Positions 25,382-35,923 of a DNA stretch of 64,000 nucleotides are shown piece by piece (the stretch's first letter is position 1; the number at the start of each line of letters is the position of its first letter). Origin of the DNA: Anthoceros angustus (taxonomy: Eukaryota > Plantae > Anthocerotophyta); the NCBI GenBank assembly GCA_010909165.1, contig VJWM01000106.1, positions 186,001-250,000 of the forward strand, written 5' to 3'. The notes below the pieces were generated by a model. The model did not search any database. It was given only the letters and a program-made list of their open reading frames with translations, and was not told the origin of the DNA. The translations under genes were made by a program, and so were the position numbers.

Positions 25382-25654
25382 CTGCAGGCGCAGAGCTCGG
25401 CAAACTTCCACGCTCTGTGAAGTGCACTACTGTGCAGTAACATGAAGAGCATCTCTTGACACACTTCTGAAAAGGCATGGCCTATGGCCCGTTTGGGACA
25501 ATCCAAAGTTTTATAATTTTTTTCTCTTTTCAAAAGCTGAGCTGGAGATCCACCGTGGCCAATGGAGCTCCGGGTCCGCCCGCGACATCGGCGAGTCCGT
25601 GCTATCGGGCTCCAGAGGACTACGACACGAGGTTCCGCCATCACCAGGGTGAGC

Positions 25655-25870
25655 ACTGAGCACTCCTACACCGCCTTCGACGACGAGGCTGCTTGGTAGC
25701 CTTCCTACCCTGATTCCTACCATCTTCCAGGCGTACGAGTACGAGGGAGGCAACGGCCTCTACACCTTCGCGGAGGAGGACACCAAGCCGGCCAACAACG
25801 GAGCTGTACATGTTTTGCCTCCTCCGAAGCAGATGCAGCCTGGGGAAGGGTTTGTGCTGCGGGTGTGGAA
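25655..25870 (+). pseudogene. Fragment of an unidentified coding-like sequence with an inverted homolog at ~28980-29215
   Basis: ctgagcactcctacaccgccttcgacgacgaggctgct and gcctctacaccttcgcggaggaggacac match the reverse complement of 28980-29215. Translations HSYTAFDD / HSYTTFDD and LYTFAEEDTKPAN / LYTFAGEDTGKPAN. Confidence 0.45.
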
Positions 25871-26357
25871 GCGGCCGTAAGTGGAAGGAAGTTGTTTCAG
25901 CTGGCATCGCATGCTTTCGTTTCAGATGTAGATGCGATCGAGGATCACAGAGGCTTGTGAGGGCTTTTGGTGTGTCAAGCTTAGGCAGTCGGGAGGCTTG
26001 TGCCGTTGGCTTGCCCATGGGGCCGCATCAGCAGGCTCAGCACTCAGCAGCCGAAGCCGATCGGGCCTTCGCTGCAGAGGCGGGGGGCGGATGAGCAGAA
26101 GGGCTGCCAACTTGGCGGACGCAGCCAGCTGGAGCGCCAGCTCGGCAGGGTGGCCTACCCAGGCGTCGGGTCGGACCCAGTGCCACGATGTCACCTACAG
26201 GGAGCCGGTACCCGCTCTCTCTCTACAAATCGTTCCCCGACAAAAGGCCCGGGCGACCCGGTCGGAAACCATTTTTTACATTGTGGACGGCTCCGTACTT
26301 TTCGGATCTCGCGCACGAGACGGGTGCAAGTCTAGGGAGTTGGGCCAGCTCCGAGAC

Positions 26358-27202
26358 CCCGTCGCCTAAGGCTAACGCAAACTTAATGAGCCCTGCCATT
26401 CGTACCGCCCGTGTGGCCACGCACCCCGATGCAAAGCCGAGAGCATGAGGCCGGCATGCGGGCATGCTTCTCTTTCTTTCCGCCGTCTCCTTTTCCGGCA
26501 ACGGGGCGTCCGTCGTCGCTCCTCTCAACGGCCCCGTCCGCGCTCCTCTTATGGTCACCCATCTCTGGTCTCAATATGTTCACTCGATCACGAACTCTCA
26601 CTGTCCTGTTCATTTTGAACATACTGTAATAGATTATGTTTTCTCACATGCAATAAAATCAGCTACACGGTCAGCAGGAATGTAAGCGCGCTTCACATTC
26701 ATGTGCATTTTCATCTTCCCTCATTCATTTTCATGATTCCCTACAGCCTATGACAAATGCTCCTTGGTGAAGATGCCGGGCTCCGGTGTCTGCACTTGAG
26801 TGTGAGGCAAATGTTCCATTCCGCTGACATCACAATTTTGGAGAGACTCCGCTTGCTCGATCGTGCCGTCAAGCTTCCTCCGAATCGAGCCGCATTAGAA
26901 CGGGTTATAAATACTTGAAACGCTGCGTTTTGGCGCATAAGGAACGAGAAGGGATGGGGAAAAAGGAGACCAGGCGGGTGGCGGTGCGAAAGGACGCGTT
27001 GAAAGGAGCGCGGGCGGAGCCGTTGAGAGGAGGTGGAGGGAGCCCTTGAGAGGAGAGACGACGGACGCCCGTTGCGGTAAGGGAGACACCGGAAAGAAAG
27101 AGAGGCATGCCCGCATGCGGCCTCATGCCTCGGCTCAGACGGGTGCGTCACGGTGCACGAATGGCAGGGCTCATTAAGTTTGCGTTAGCCTTAGGCGACG
27201 GG
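26358..27202. mobile_element. Non-autonomous Mutator-like (MULE/foldback) element, 845 bp
   Basis: Terminal inverted repeats of ~200 bp whose outer 46 bp are perfect (26358-26403 vs 27157-27202), flanked by an exact 9-bp direct repeat CTCCGAGAC (26349-26357 and 27203-27211). Confidence 0.85.
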
Positions 27203-27344
27203 CTCCGAGACGGGTTCCAGTTTAGGGTTTTGGCTTGGGAGGCTCTTTTAAGGTACGTAGCTATCATTTTCATTTTTTCAGTTATTTTTTCTTTTATTTT
27301 TTATTTCACGTACTAACGTCTTGTTGGTTTTGGAGCCACATATT

Positions 27345-27439
27345 GAAGTCAGAAGAGTAGACGTTATTAATAGGCGAGATGGGAAATCCCACCTACCCCT
27401 AAAGTCCGAGGAGCAACATCCCAAAAAGGACTAAATGTG
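27345..27439 (-). mobile_element. ~95-bp 5'-truncated copy of the RLE-LINE 3' tail, with a target-site duplication
   Basis: The reverse complement matches 50590-50692 (…cccatctcgcctattaataacgtctactcttc). Flanked by tttggagccacatatt (27329-27344) and tttggagccatgtatt (27440-27455), 14/16 identical. Confidence 0.7.
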
Positions 27440-27774
27440 TTTTGGAGCCATGTATTCATGGCCCCCGATGGTGAACTTCCGGTCAAGGCCCCAGTTACCC
27501 TGCCGAGCTGGTGCTCCAGCTGGCTCCGTCCGCCACGCTAGAGTTTTAAGTCGGTAAACACCAGTTGGAATGTCAAAGAAGCGACATCACAGAAAAAAAG
27601 GGGTGAAACTTCTGGGAAACTTCTGGATGTCCCAAGCGGCATACCATAATAACCAAGTTGATTCGTCTAGTGTATAAGCAAATGGCCATGAAATACATGT
27701 CACCGTGAAAACCAAGCTGACCAGATGGCACCTACAGCCACGATGGCACCTACAGCACATGGAGTTTCCAGTTA

Positions 27775-27837
27775 CCCGGTATCCCTTCTCTCTACAAACC
27801 CTAGCCCGGTATCCCTTCTCTCTACAAACCCTAGCCC
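27775..27837. repeat. Perfect 30-bp tandem duplication
   Basis: cccggtatcccttctctctacaaaccctag x2. Confidence 0.95.
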
Positions 27838-27984
27838 CTCCTGAACCCAATATGTTGCATGTACTTCAGGCTCTTCTCCTCCGCGCTTGTGTGCATGCCA
27901 TTCCTCTCGGTCACTAGGCGTCTACATCTCCGTGCCAACGCTTCGTTCTTGCCATCATTTGCTCCATGGTGTGTACTTTTGTTT

Positions 27985-28382
27985 TGCTAACATGTTCTAT
28001 TTATGCTTAGAGTTTCCTATAATTTGTAATACTTGTGTGTTATATGGCTAACATGACTTATTTATATTTATAAGTAAATCTAACTTTATTTTGTATTACT
28101 TTTTTTCTTTATGGATAACATTACCTACATATTGTTAAGGTTTTCTATATTTTGTAATACTTATCCATTATATGGCTAACATGTTCTATCTATGGGTAGA
28201 GTTTCCTATATTTTGTTATCATTGTTCGTTATGTAGTTAACGTGTCTTATTTATAGTTAGTGTTTCCTATATTTTGTAATACTTGCCTCTTATATGGCTA
28301 ATATGTCCTATTTATGGTTAGTGCCTCCTATATTTTGTAATACTTGAACCTTACAAGGCTAACATGTCCTATTTATGGTAGA
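27985..28382. repeat. AT-rich ~61-bp minisatellite, about 6 degenerate copies
   Basis: Unit approximately gctaacatgtcctatttatggttagagtttcctatattttgtaatacttg...ttatatg. Confidence 0.85.
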
Positions 28383-30022
28383 CATTATTTTGAGTTGCCA
28401 CCTGCCAAGCCGGATGTGGACTACAAAATGGCAGCATTGAGAGACCACAACAACTTGCTCCCCCATGATTATGCCTCCCATTATAGGACATTTTGGAAGA
28501 GACCATTCTATAACCTATAAGGAGTCCAAAACAACAAGTGAACATACGTTATGGTGAACCAACCATATTATTCGATGTTTTGAGAGAGAACCGCAACATG
28601 AATCGAAACAACAATAAGTGACACAAAGAGCAAAAATATGGTAATAATTAAAATATCTTATAAGAGACCCAATTAACAGTAAAAAAAATCAGAATGTCAA
28701 TAACCAACCATATTAGTCCAAGAAAACCTCAATATGGACTGAATATGTGGCTCACAATGGAAAAAATAAGGTGATTATCAGAATAATGTATAAAAATAAT
28801 AAATTATGATAAGCCATCTGAATATTGGTAAAGTAACCATAATAATAAAAAACTATAATTTGTTAGAAATCCATATTCACAATTTAATCGAATAATAGGA
28901 CAGAAATGCAATGTTGTTGCTGAGCCTATTGATGTGGTCCCATGAGCACGTTCACGGCACAGCCTCTCGCATGTAGACGCACCAAAATCTTCCTCAGGCT
29001 GCATCTACTGCAGAAGGAGGCCAAAAAGGTCTGTGGTTGGCTGGCTTGCCCGTGTCCTCCCCAGCAAAGGTGTAGAGGCGATGCCTTCCTTGTATGCCTA
29101 GAAGAGCAGTCAAGCCCTTTGTTAAAGTCGGTATGACACTCCGCCCGAAAGGAGTCAAGTGTAGGAAGTCTGCTGAGCAGCCTTGTCGTCGAAGGTGGTG
29201 TAGGAATGCTCAGATTGGTGACAGCCAAACTAGCCATTAGTGGCTATGAAGGGCAAGCCCGTGCCATCGGGCTCCAAAAGATCGTCCACGGTCTCCATAA
29301 ACTAATCTGGAGTGCTCCCAAAGAATTCAAAGCGGCCAGATGGTAGTTGCAGAGTCCCAATCGAAGAGCTGCGAGCCCGAGCTTACATCGTCGTCATAGG
29401 TTGTCATACCTGTAGACGAGCAGCATCACAGCTAGCTCCTGCTCCACATCTCCTCCTCCCGGTTGCATGCCCTTGTCACCTTGCCGAGTGTCACCGTGCG
29501 GCAAGACCTTGTCACCTTGCAGTGGCGTGTCGCCAGTCGGCTCGCCACTGGAGTTTTAAGTCGTTGGACACACGGAGTTTTAAGTCGTTGGACACACCCC
29601 GTTGCAGTGTGGAGGGACATCACAAAAAAAAAGGAATGAAACATTTAAATGTCCCAAAGGACATGCCATAAGTTATACACTTAGACCGCTCAACTTAATT
29701 TTTTTACTGTTTTTAATTCATGATAAATTTCTTCCATCGTGTGAGGTTATATTGATTGTAGAATGGTAGACTCATTCCATAATCCCGTGTTCAGGGGGCC
29801 TTGGCAAGCTTGCCACTCCGTGCCCGTTCTCTACGCGCGCCAATCTCCTCTACGCGCTTTCACACATGCAATCCAGCCTGAGGTATCTTGTCTGGTCAGG
29901 CAATCGATGAGGGGAAATAGGGTACAGCGCTATACAGAAACAATCGACTTAATTGCGTTGTTCAATCGTCTCCTCTTTTGCAGCTGGTGGCCCTGGTGGT
30001 GCGCAAAATATCAGTTTCTGGA

Positions 30023-32977
30023 CTATGTTGGTAAACTGGCTCCCTTCCTTAGCTTTACGGTTAGATTTTGCAGCAGGTCACACAGTTGTTCATGATCTGG
30101 GTGGCGGCCATCTCCCACTAGAAACGTGTGGGCCTCCTCATGAACTTGGATCCACGTCCTGCCTGGCTCCTTCCATGCACCTTCCCTTCTTCTCCAGCCC
30201 TCCACCATCTTTGCCTTGTCCAAAAGGCCAGCAGCAGCATAGATCTGCGACATTAGTACATACGCGGCAGAATGCTTTGGTTCTAGACTCACTGCCCCAA
30301 GAAATGCCCACTGGCCCAAGACAATGTTGCTATGCTTCCGACAGGCAGACAGCAGACACATCCACATGGACAAATTGGGGTGCAATGGCATGCTTGACAG
30401 CAGATTCTCTATCATTGTGAAGTATCCTGCACGCCCCAGAAGGTCTATCATCGTCACGTAGTGATCAATGTCTGGATGTAATCCATGATCTCTCGTCATG
30501 GATTCAAAGTACTCCAAACCTTTGTCTAATAGGCCAGCATGACTGCAAGCCGAGATGAGTGAGAGAAACGTGATTCCATTGGGATGAATACCAGCAAGCT
30601 GCATGCTCTCAAAACAGTGCACAGCCTCTTGGCCTAGACCATGCTGAGCATATCCTGTGAGCATTGTATTCCATGTAACCACGTCTTTCATGGCTAAGCT
30701 GTTGAACATCTTGGAGGCTTCATCCAAGCTCCCACATTTTGCATACAGGTCCACCAGACAGCTACCTATAACCACATCTGCTTCCAGTCCCTTCTCCCGA
30801 ATCTGAACATGGAGCTGCTTTCCCTGGTCTAACGCTCCGATGCTGCCACAAGCTTTCAGGACGGATGCAAAGGTCACAGAATCAGCTGGAGTGATGCCCT
30901 CCTGGTTCATACTTGCATAAAGAGCAAGGGCTTCCTGTCCCAGCCCTTGCTCAACATATCCCACAAGCATCACAGTCCATGTCACAACATCTTTCTTGGA
31001 TAAAGTGTCAAATACCCTGCGGGCCTCGATTAAGCTCCCACATTTTGCATACATGTACACCAGGCAGCTCCCGACAAGCACATCCATTTCAAAAAGTTGT
31101 TCCTCAATCTGGAGGTGAAGTTGCTTCCCCTGATCTAACGCCCCAATGCTGGCACATGCCTTGAGTAGGCACGCAAATGTTACACTATCCACTGGAGTCA
31201 ATCTCTCCTCTTGCATTCTAGCATACAGAGTAAGAGACTCTTGAACAAGCCCAAGATCTGCATATCCCGAGATCATGGCAGTCCATGTCACTACCGTCTT
31301 CGAGGTGAGATTGTCAAACACCCTAGAAGCCTCATCCACACAACCACATTTCGTATACATGTCCACCAGAGAGCTCCCCAGAATGGGATCACCTGCCAAG
31401 CCTTTCAACTGAAGCTGTCCGTGAAGCTGCCTTCCCTGCTCTAACGCTCGCAAGCTGCCACAAGCCTTCAGGAGGGACGCAAAGGCAACGGAATCAGCAG
31501 GGGTGATACCCTCCTGCAGCATACTCGCATAAAGCGCAAGAGCTTCCTGCGTAAGCCCTCGCTCAACATAAGCGACAACCATGGCAGTCCAAGTTACCAC
31601 ATCTTTCATCGGCAAATGTTCAAACACCAAACATGCATCATCCAAGCTCCCACACTTGGAATACATGTCCACCAGACAGCTCCCGACAACCACATCATCT
31701 CCCCATCCCTGTTCCTCAACTCGGGCGTGTATCAGCCTCCCCTGCTCCAAAGCTCCAATGCAGCCACACGCCCGAAGGAGACAAACGAACATCACATGAT
31801 CAGCTGCAGCTAATCCTTCCTCCTCCATATCTGTATAAAGTGCAAGTGCCTCCTGACCCAACCCATGCTCAGCATACCCTGCAAGCATGGTAGTCCATAT
31901 CACCACATCCCGCCTGCTCATCCCATCAAGCACCCTGCGGGCATCACCCAACCTCCCACATCTCACATACATATCCACCAGGCAGCTCCCCAGAACCACA
32001 TCCCCTTCCATCCCACTCTCCAAAGCCCGAACATGAACCTCCCTCCCCAACGCCAACTCCCCTGTGCTCCCGCACGCTTTCAGCAAACAGGCAAACGTGA
32101 AACCATCAGCCTTCCTCCTCATCTCCTCCTCCATCCTCCCATACAGGGCAAGTACTTCCTCACCCTGCCCATGCAGCACATACCCTGCAAGCATAGCATT
32201 CCAAGTCACCACATTCTTCACCTCCAATCCATCAAACACCCTGCGGGCATCCCCCAAGCTTCCACACTTCACATACATATCCACCAGGCAGCTCTGCACA
32301 AATCCATCAGACTCCACGAAACCCCTCAAAACATCTACATGCACCTCCCTCCCCACCTTCAAGTCCCCTCTCCTGCCGCATGCCTTCAGCACCGCCACAA
32401 GTACATGACTGTCCCCGACCTCCCCCGACTCTCGCATCCTCCTGTACAACGATATGGCCTCCGCAGCATCCCCATGCTCAGCATTTCCATAGATAATAGC
32501 AGACCACAAATACGCGTTGGGCGCTACCATCTTATCAAACACCTGCCTCGCCTCCTCCAACCTCCCACAACGAGCAAACTCCCGGATCACATGGCTGACC
32601 AGGAACTCGCTACACCCGTACCCATTCCCCACAACAAGACCATGGATCCCCCTCACCCCCTTCTCCCCACCAACACAACTCTTCAGCACCCAATACCACA
32701 GTGCCGAAGGCACATAATCCCCTCGATGCACCAAGCTCTCCAGAGCCCCAACACCTCCCCCCTTCACAACCCCACTCTTCTTTTTCTTCTTCCCCTGTTG
32801 CGTAGTTCCGATTCCGTCTCCAGCAGCTTCCACACACTCCTCATCGAAGGTAAATCCTTCCTTCCTTCCTGTTCTTGTAACCAGGACATGCAGATTCCTG
32901 GCTGCAGCAGCGCCAGCACCAGCTTGCATAAAAATGCCGCTGCTGCGTCTTGCAACCACGACAAGGCTGTGCAACAT
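30023..32977 (-). CDS. PLS-class PPR protein (PPR2), E+ subclass, probable organellar presequence
   Basis: 984-aa ORF with an R-rich, acid-poor N-terminus and PLS triplets; ends WKEPGRTWIQVHEEAHTFLVGDGRHPD...KLRKG; no DYW domain. Confidence 0.93.
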   Translation of the reverse strand: MLHSLVVVARRSSGIFMQAGAGAAAARNLHVLVTRTGRKEGFTFDEECVEAAGDGIGTTQQGKKKKKSGVVKGGGVGALESLVHRGDYVPSALWYWVLKSCVGGEKGVRGIHGLVVGNGYGCSEFLVSHVIREFARCGRLEEARQVFDKMVAPNAYLWSAIIYGNAEHGDAAEAISLYRRMRESGEVGDSHVLVAVLKACGRRGDLKVGREVHVDVLRGFVESDGFVQSCLVDMYVKCGSLGDARRVFDGLEVKNVVTWNAMLAGYVLHGQGEEVLALYGRMEEEMRRKADGFTFACLLKACGSTGELALGREVHVRALESGMEGDVVLGSCLVDMYVRCGRLGDARRVLDGMSRRDVVIWTTMLAGYAEHGLGQEALALYTDMEEEGLAAADHVMFVCLLRACGCIGALEQGRLIHARVEEQGWGDDVVVGSCLVDMYSKCGSLDDACLVFEHLPMKDVVTWTAMVVAYVERGLTQEALALYASMLQEGITPADSVAFASLLKACGSLRALEQGRQLHGQLQLKGLAGDPILGSSLVDMYTKCGCVDEASRVFDNLTSKTVVTWTAMISGYADLGLVQESLTLYARMQEERLTPVDSVTFACLLKACASIGALDQGKQLHLQIEEQLFEMDVLVGSCLVYMYAKCGSLIEARRVFDTLSKKDVVTWTVMLVGYVEQGLGQEALALYASMNQEGITPADSVTFASVLKACGSIGALDQGKQLHVQIREKGLEADVVIGSCLVDLYAKCGSLDEASKMFNSLAMKDVVTWNTMLTGYAQHGLGQEAVHCFESMQLAGIHPNGITFLSLISACSHAGLLDKGLEYFESMTRDHGLHPDIDHYVTMIDLLGRAGYFTMIENLLSSMPLHPNLSMWMCLLSACRKHSNIVLGQWAFLGAVSLEPKHSAAYVLMSQIYAAAGLLDKAKMVEGWRRREGAWKEPGRTWIQVHEEAHTFLVGDGRHPDHEQLCDLLQNLTVKLRKGASLPT

Positions 32978-33390
32978 TCCCCGCAGGACCGCCCAGCATC
33001 GTCCATTTCTTCACTCGCTGCAGATATGCATAAATGTCAATCCCAGCAAACAATCAGCTCCGAGCATGGCCTGGAGTTCTCCGATGAACGTATACGATAA
33101 CATTTGACAACTCTGACATGCCATGCCAAGATGCAAAGGCGTGCGCAAACTGATACGATCCAAGTGGCAAGGACCCGAAGAAAGCCGTGAAGTTCTGCGA
33201 GAGCAGGACGGTTTGCTCGTACCCAACTTGATCCTGGGCACGCGAGATATCGTCGATATGACAGGGAATATCTGCACGGAGTGAGCAACGCAAAGGTCTG
33301 CCCTGGCAGTTTTGAATCCGAGGGGAACGACGCTAAGCGCTTGCTTGCTTGGGCTCGGCAAAACAGGCATTGCCATGTGTAGACAGAATT

Positions 33391-35551
33391 CTATTGGATG
33401 CGTGTGATCTTGACTGGGAGGCCCTTGTATGGTGATGTCAAGGGAAGTTTGGTTGTCGGCCCGTCTTCCAAGACCTGCCACCTACAGAAACCGTAGTAAA
33501 GTTCAGAGAGATTTTGCGATTCATGTGATCGGCAACACTGTAACAGTGCTCCAGCCGTTGGCTGACCTGAACTTGGTGATGAAATGGTGCAGGAAAACAA
33601 GGATCTCCACTCTGGCCAGCTCATTTCCCACACAGAGATGTTCTCCAGCTCCGAAAGGTGCGTACAAGCTGCCCCTCTGTGGTGTCTGGCCATTCAGAAG
33701 CTGCGTGTCAGCTTGTATCTCTGTCCCAGATCCATAAGCTAGCATGCATAGTCTGCTATACCCACCTCAAACCGTGAAGGATCGAACTTGTCTGGCTCAG
33801 GCCACATCTGTGGATCCATGTGGAAGTGTGTGACTACAGGCTTCACCCTCCACCCCCTGGGAATGACAAAGCCTGTACAGAGCAACACAGTTAGCTGATG
33901 AGCGGCGGTCATCAGCAGAGATGTATCCGCACTCCATAGGCCATGACGAGACCTGTGGCCCACCTTTGTATTCCACATCTACCACGGCCTCTCGGGTGAC
34001 CACGTCGTAGAGGAGGTCTGCTATTCTTAGAGCTTCCTGCATAACCTGCGTTCCTTGACTTGGTCAGGGATATGTCCTGTCCGCCTCGTCCCCAGGGGTA
34101 GCAAAGCATGGCATACCTTGTAAGTGAGAGACATGTCCTTCAAGTCATCCCAGGTGAGGGGCTCGTCCATGGCTTTCCTTTCCTTGATGGTGTCCTGCTC
34201 AGCCTGATCATGCAGCACAATACTGGCCTGGTGATGGTTCCAGACTTGCTAAGCCTGTGCATTCCTTTCTACGGTCAGAAACGGACCTTCACAGCTTCTA
34301 GGAGAGGGGGATCGTCATGAAGAAACTTGAGGATCCATGTGAGCGTTGTGGCACCCGTAGCATTGGACGCAAACAGCAGACCGGTGACGTTGTCTGCCAC
34401 CATATTATAAGTCAAGGGATCTTGCTGTGAGGGATCAGCTTCCATCAGAAACGAGTCCAACATATCATGAGGTGTGGAGTCCTTTGCCATGTTTCTCTTT
34501 GCGAGCCGTCTCGCTATCAGCCCCTTGAGCGTGTTCAACACTCTTTGCCGAGACTGCGACCAAGGCCAGGGCTTGAGCACACACAACGTCATACAGGACT
34601 CACTTCATCAAGCTTGCATTTGACTGTCACCTGGAGGCTCTGGCGCCATTGGGTGCCAGGAAGGTTGATGGGAATGATGGTAGTGAACCCCCTCTCCAGC
34701 TCAGTGTACTGTGAAGAAAGCTGCCTGGCTTCTGGTGTCCGACTCTCCGATCCGAACAGAGTAAACATGCCAACTCCAAGAGTGAACTGGAGATGCACAC
34801 CAGCAACAGGCACTAGTACATTCGTGAATTCATATTCATTGCAAACACATCTCCGAACTCAGCTGCTCTGGCCTACCTCCTCAACAGCAAAGCGGAAGGC
34901 AGCAATGGTAGACCCCGACGCCCAGGAATTGAGCGTAATCAAAGCCTCCTCTTCAATGCCTGCAACCATATCCCTCAGTGCTCCAGGAAGCAGGTGTCTG
35001 AGAGGCAACTTCCGCACGCGGGAGTGAACTTCTCCCCACATGTAGTTCACATAGCTCGGTCCCACAATGTCCGTCACCACCTTGGGGTACACATTCCTCA
35101 GCTCCTCCGCCTTGCTCAGCATCACGAACTTGTAAGCCTCCGCAGATGTGGTGACCACCGTCGGCCAACCCAGCAGGTGCGTCTTGTATATCTCTCCATA
35201 TCTGCAACTTGCAAGCAACAAGGTGCTAATGTCAGCCTCTCCATAGCCAGCTTCCGTGCTGCATTCATGCTCATCGCTCGTCCTCATCCACCCTTGTAAG
35301 TTTCCAGAATTCCACCTCCTCCACCGCCTAGCTGAGAAGCTGGTGCTGTCCTTAAGGTACTCCAGCGTTTCCCCGATGACGGGCCAGCCCATCGTGCCTG
35401 GAGGCAAATTCACATGCTTCAGGCTGGGCCAGCCGCCCTGGAAGCTCATGTACCCGTAGCTCCGAAACCACCAGAGTGCTGCGAGCATGGTCCCCGCTGT
35501 GGCCAGCAGCCCCAGTACACTCCATGCTATGCTGGATAACAGCGACTCCAT
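33391..35551 (-). CDS. Cytochrome P450 CYP-b, CYP85 clan (CYP707-like); closest paralog of CYP-a
   Basis: [14 protein letters not shown]; EALR; [13 protein letters not shown]; [16 protein letters not shown]; last exon [29 protein letters not shown]. Confidence 0.92.
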
Positions 35552-35923
35552 TTGCACATACTGCAGACAAGAACTTGAAGCACAACAAACGCCAAAGCTC
35601 TGCTCAAGGAAGAAATGGCAGCATCCACATGACTGAATGGAATGTGGCAGGAAAGCCAATTCAGAATCCGACTCACACTTCAGCACTTCCCAGAGTCATC
35701 CTTGGTCAACACCGACCTCGGCTTTTCTAATGCAGAGCCCGTATCTCTAATATAAAAGTACAAATGGCGTCGTCTCCTTTTGCAGGTGACGACGCTGCCA
35801 GTGAGATGCTGGAAAGTGGAAACCACGTGTCCCTCTAACAGGAATGCACATCTGCTGCAGCAGAGGCGGTTACACAAATGGTGCAAACAGAAGTCCTTCA
35901 GCATATCTACAGACTACTTCTCT

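Noticed and set aside
27985-28382. CRISPR-like appearance of the periodic AT-rich array and other tandem repeats
   Set aside because: The units are contiguous degenerate copies without unique spacers, the context is eukaryotic, and there are no cas genes.
31865-33100. 411-aa plus-strand ORF and other long antisense ORFs over SMC6 (e.g. 11591-12244, 13374-14039), the PPRs and PGK
   Set aside because: Shadows of real genes on the opposite strand; low-complexity H/P/S/L-rich translations with no domain motifs.
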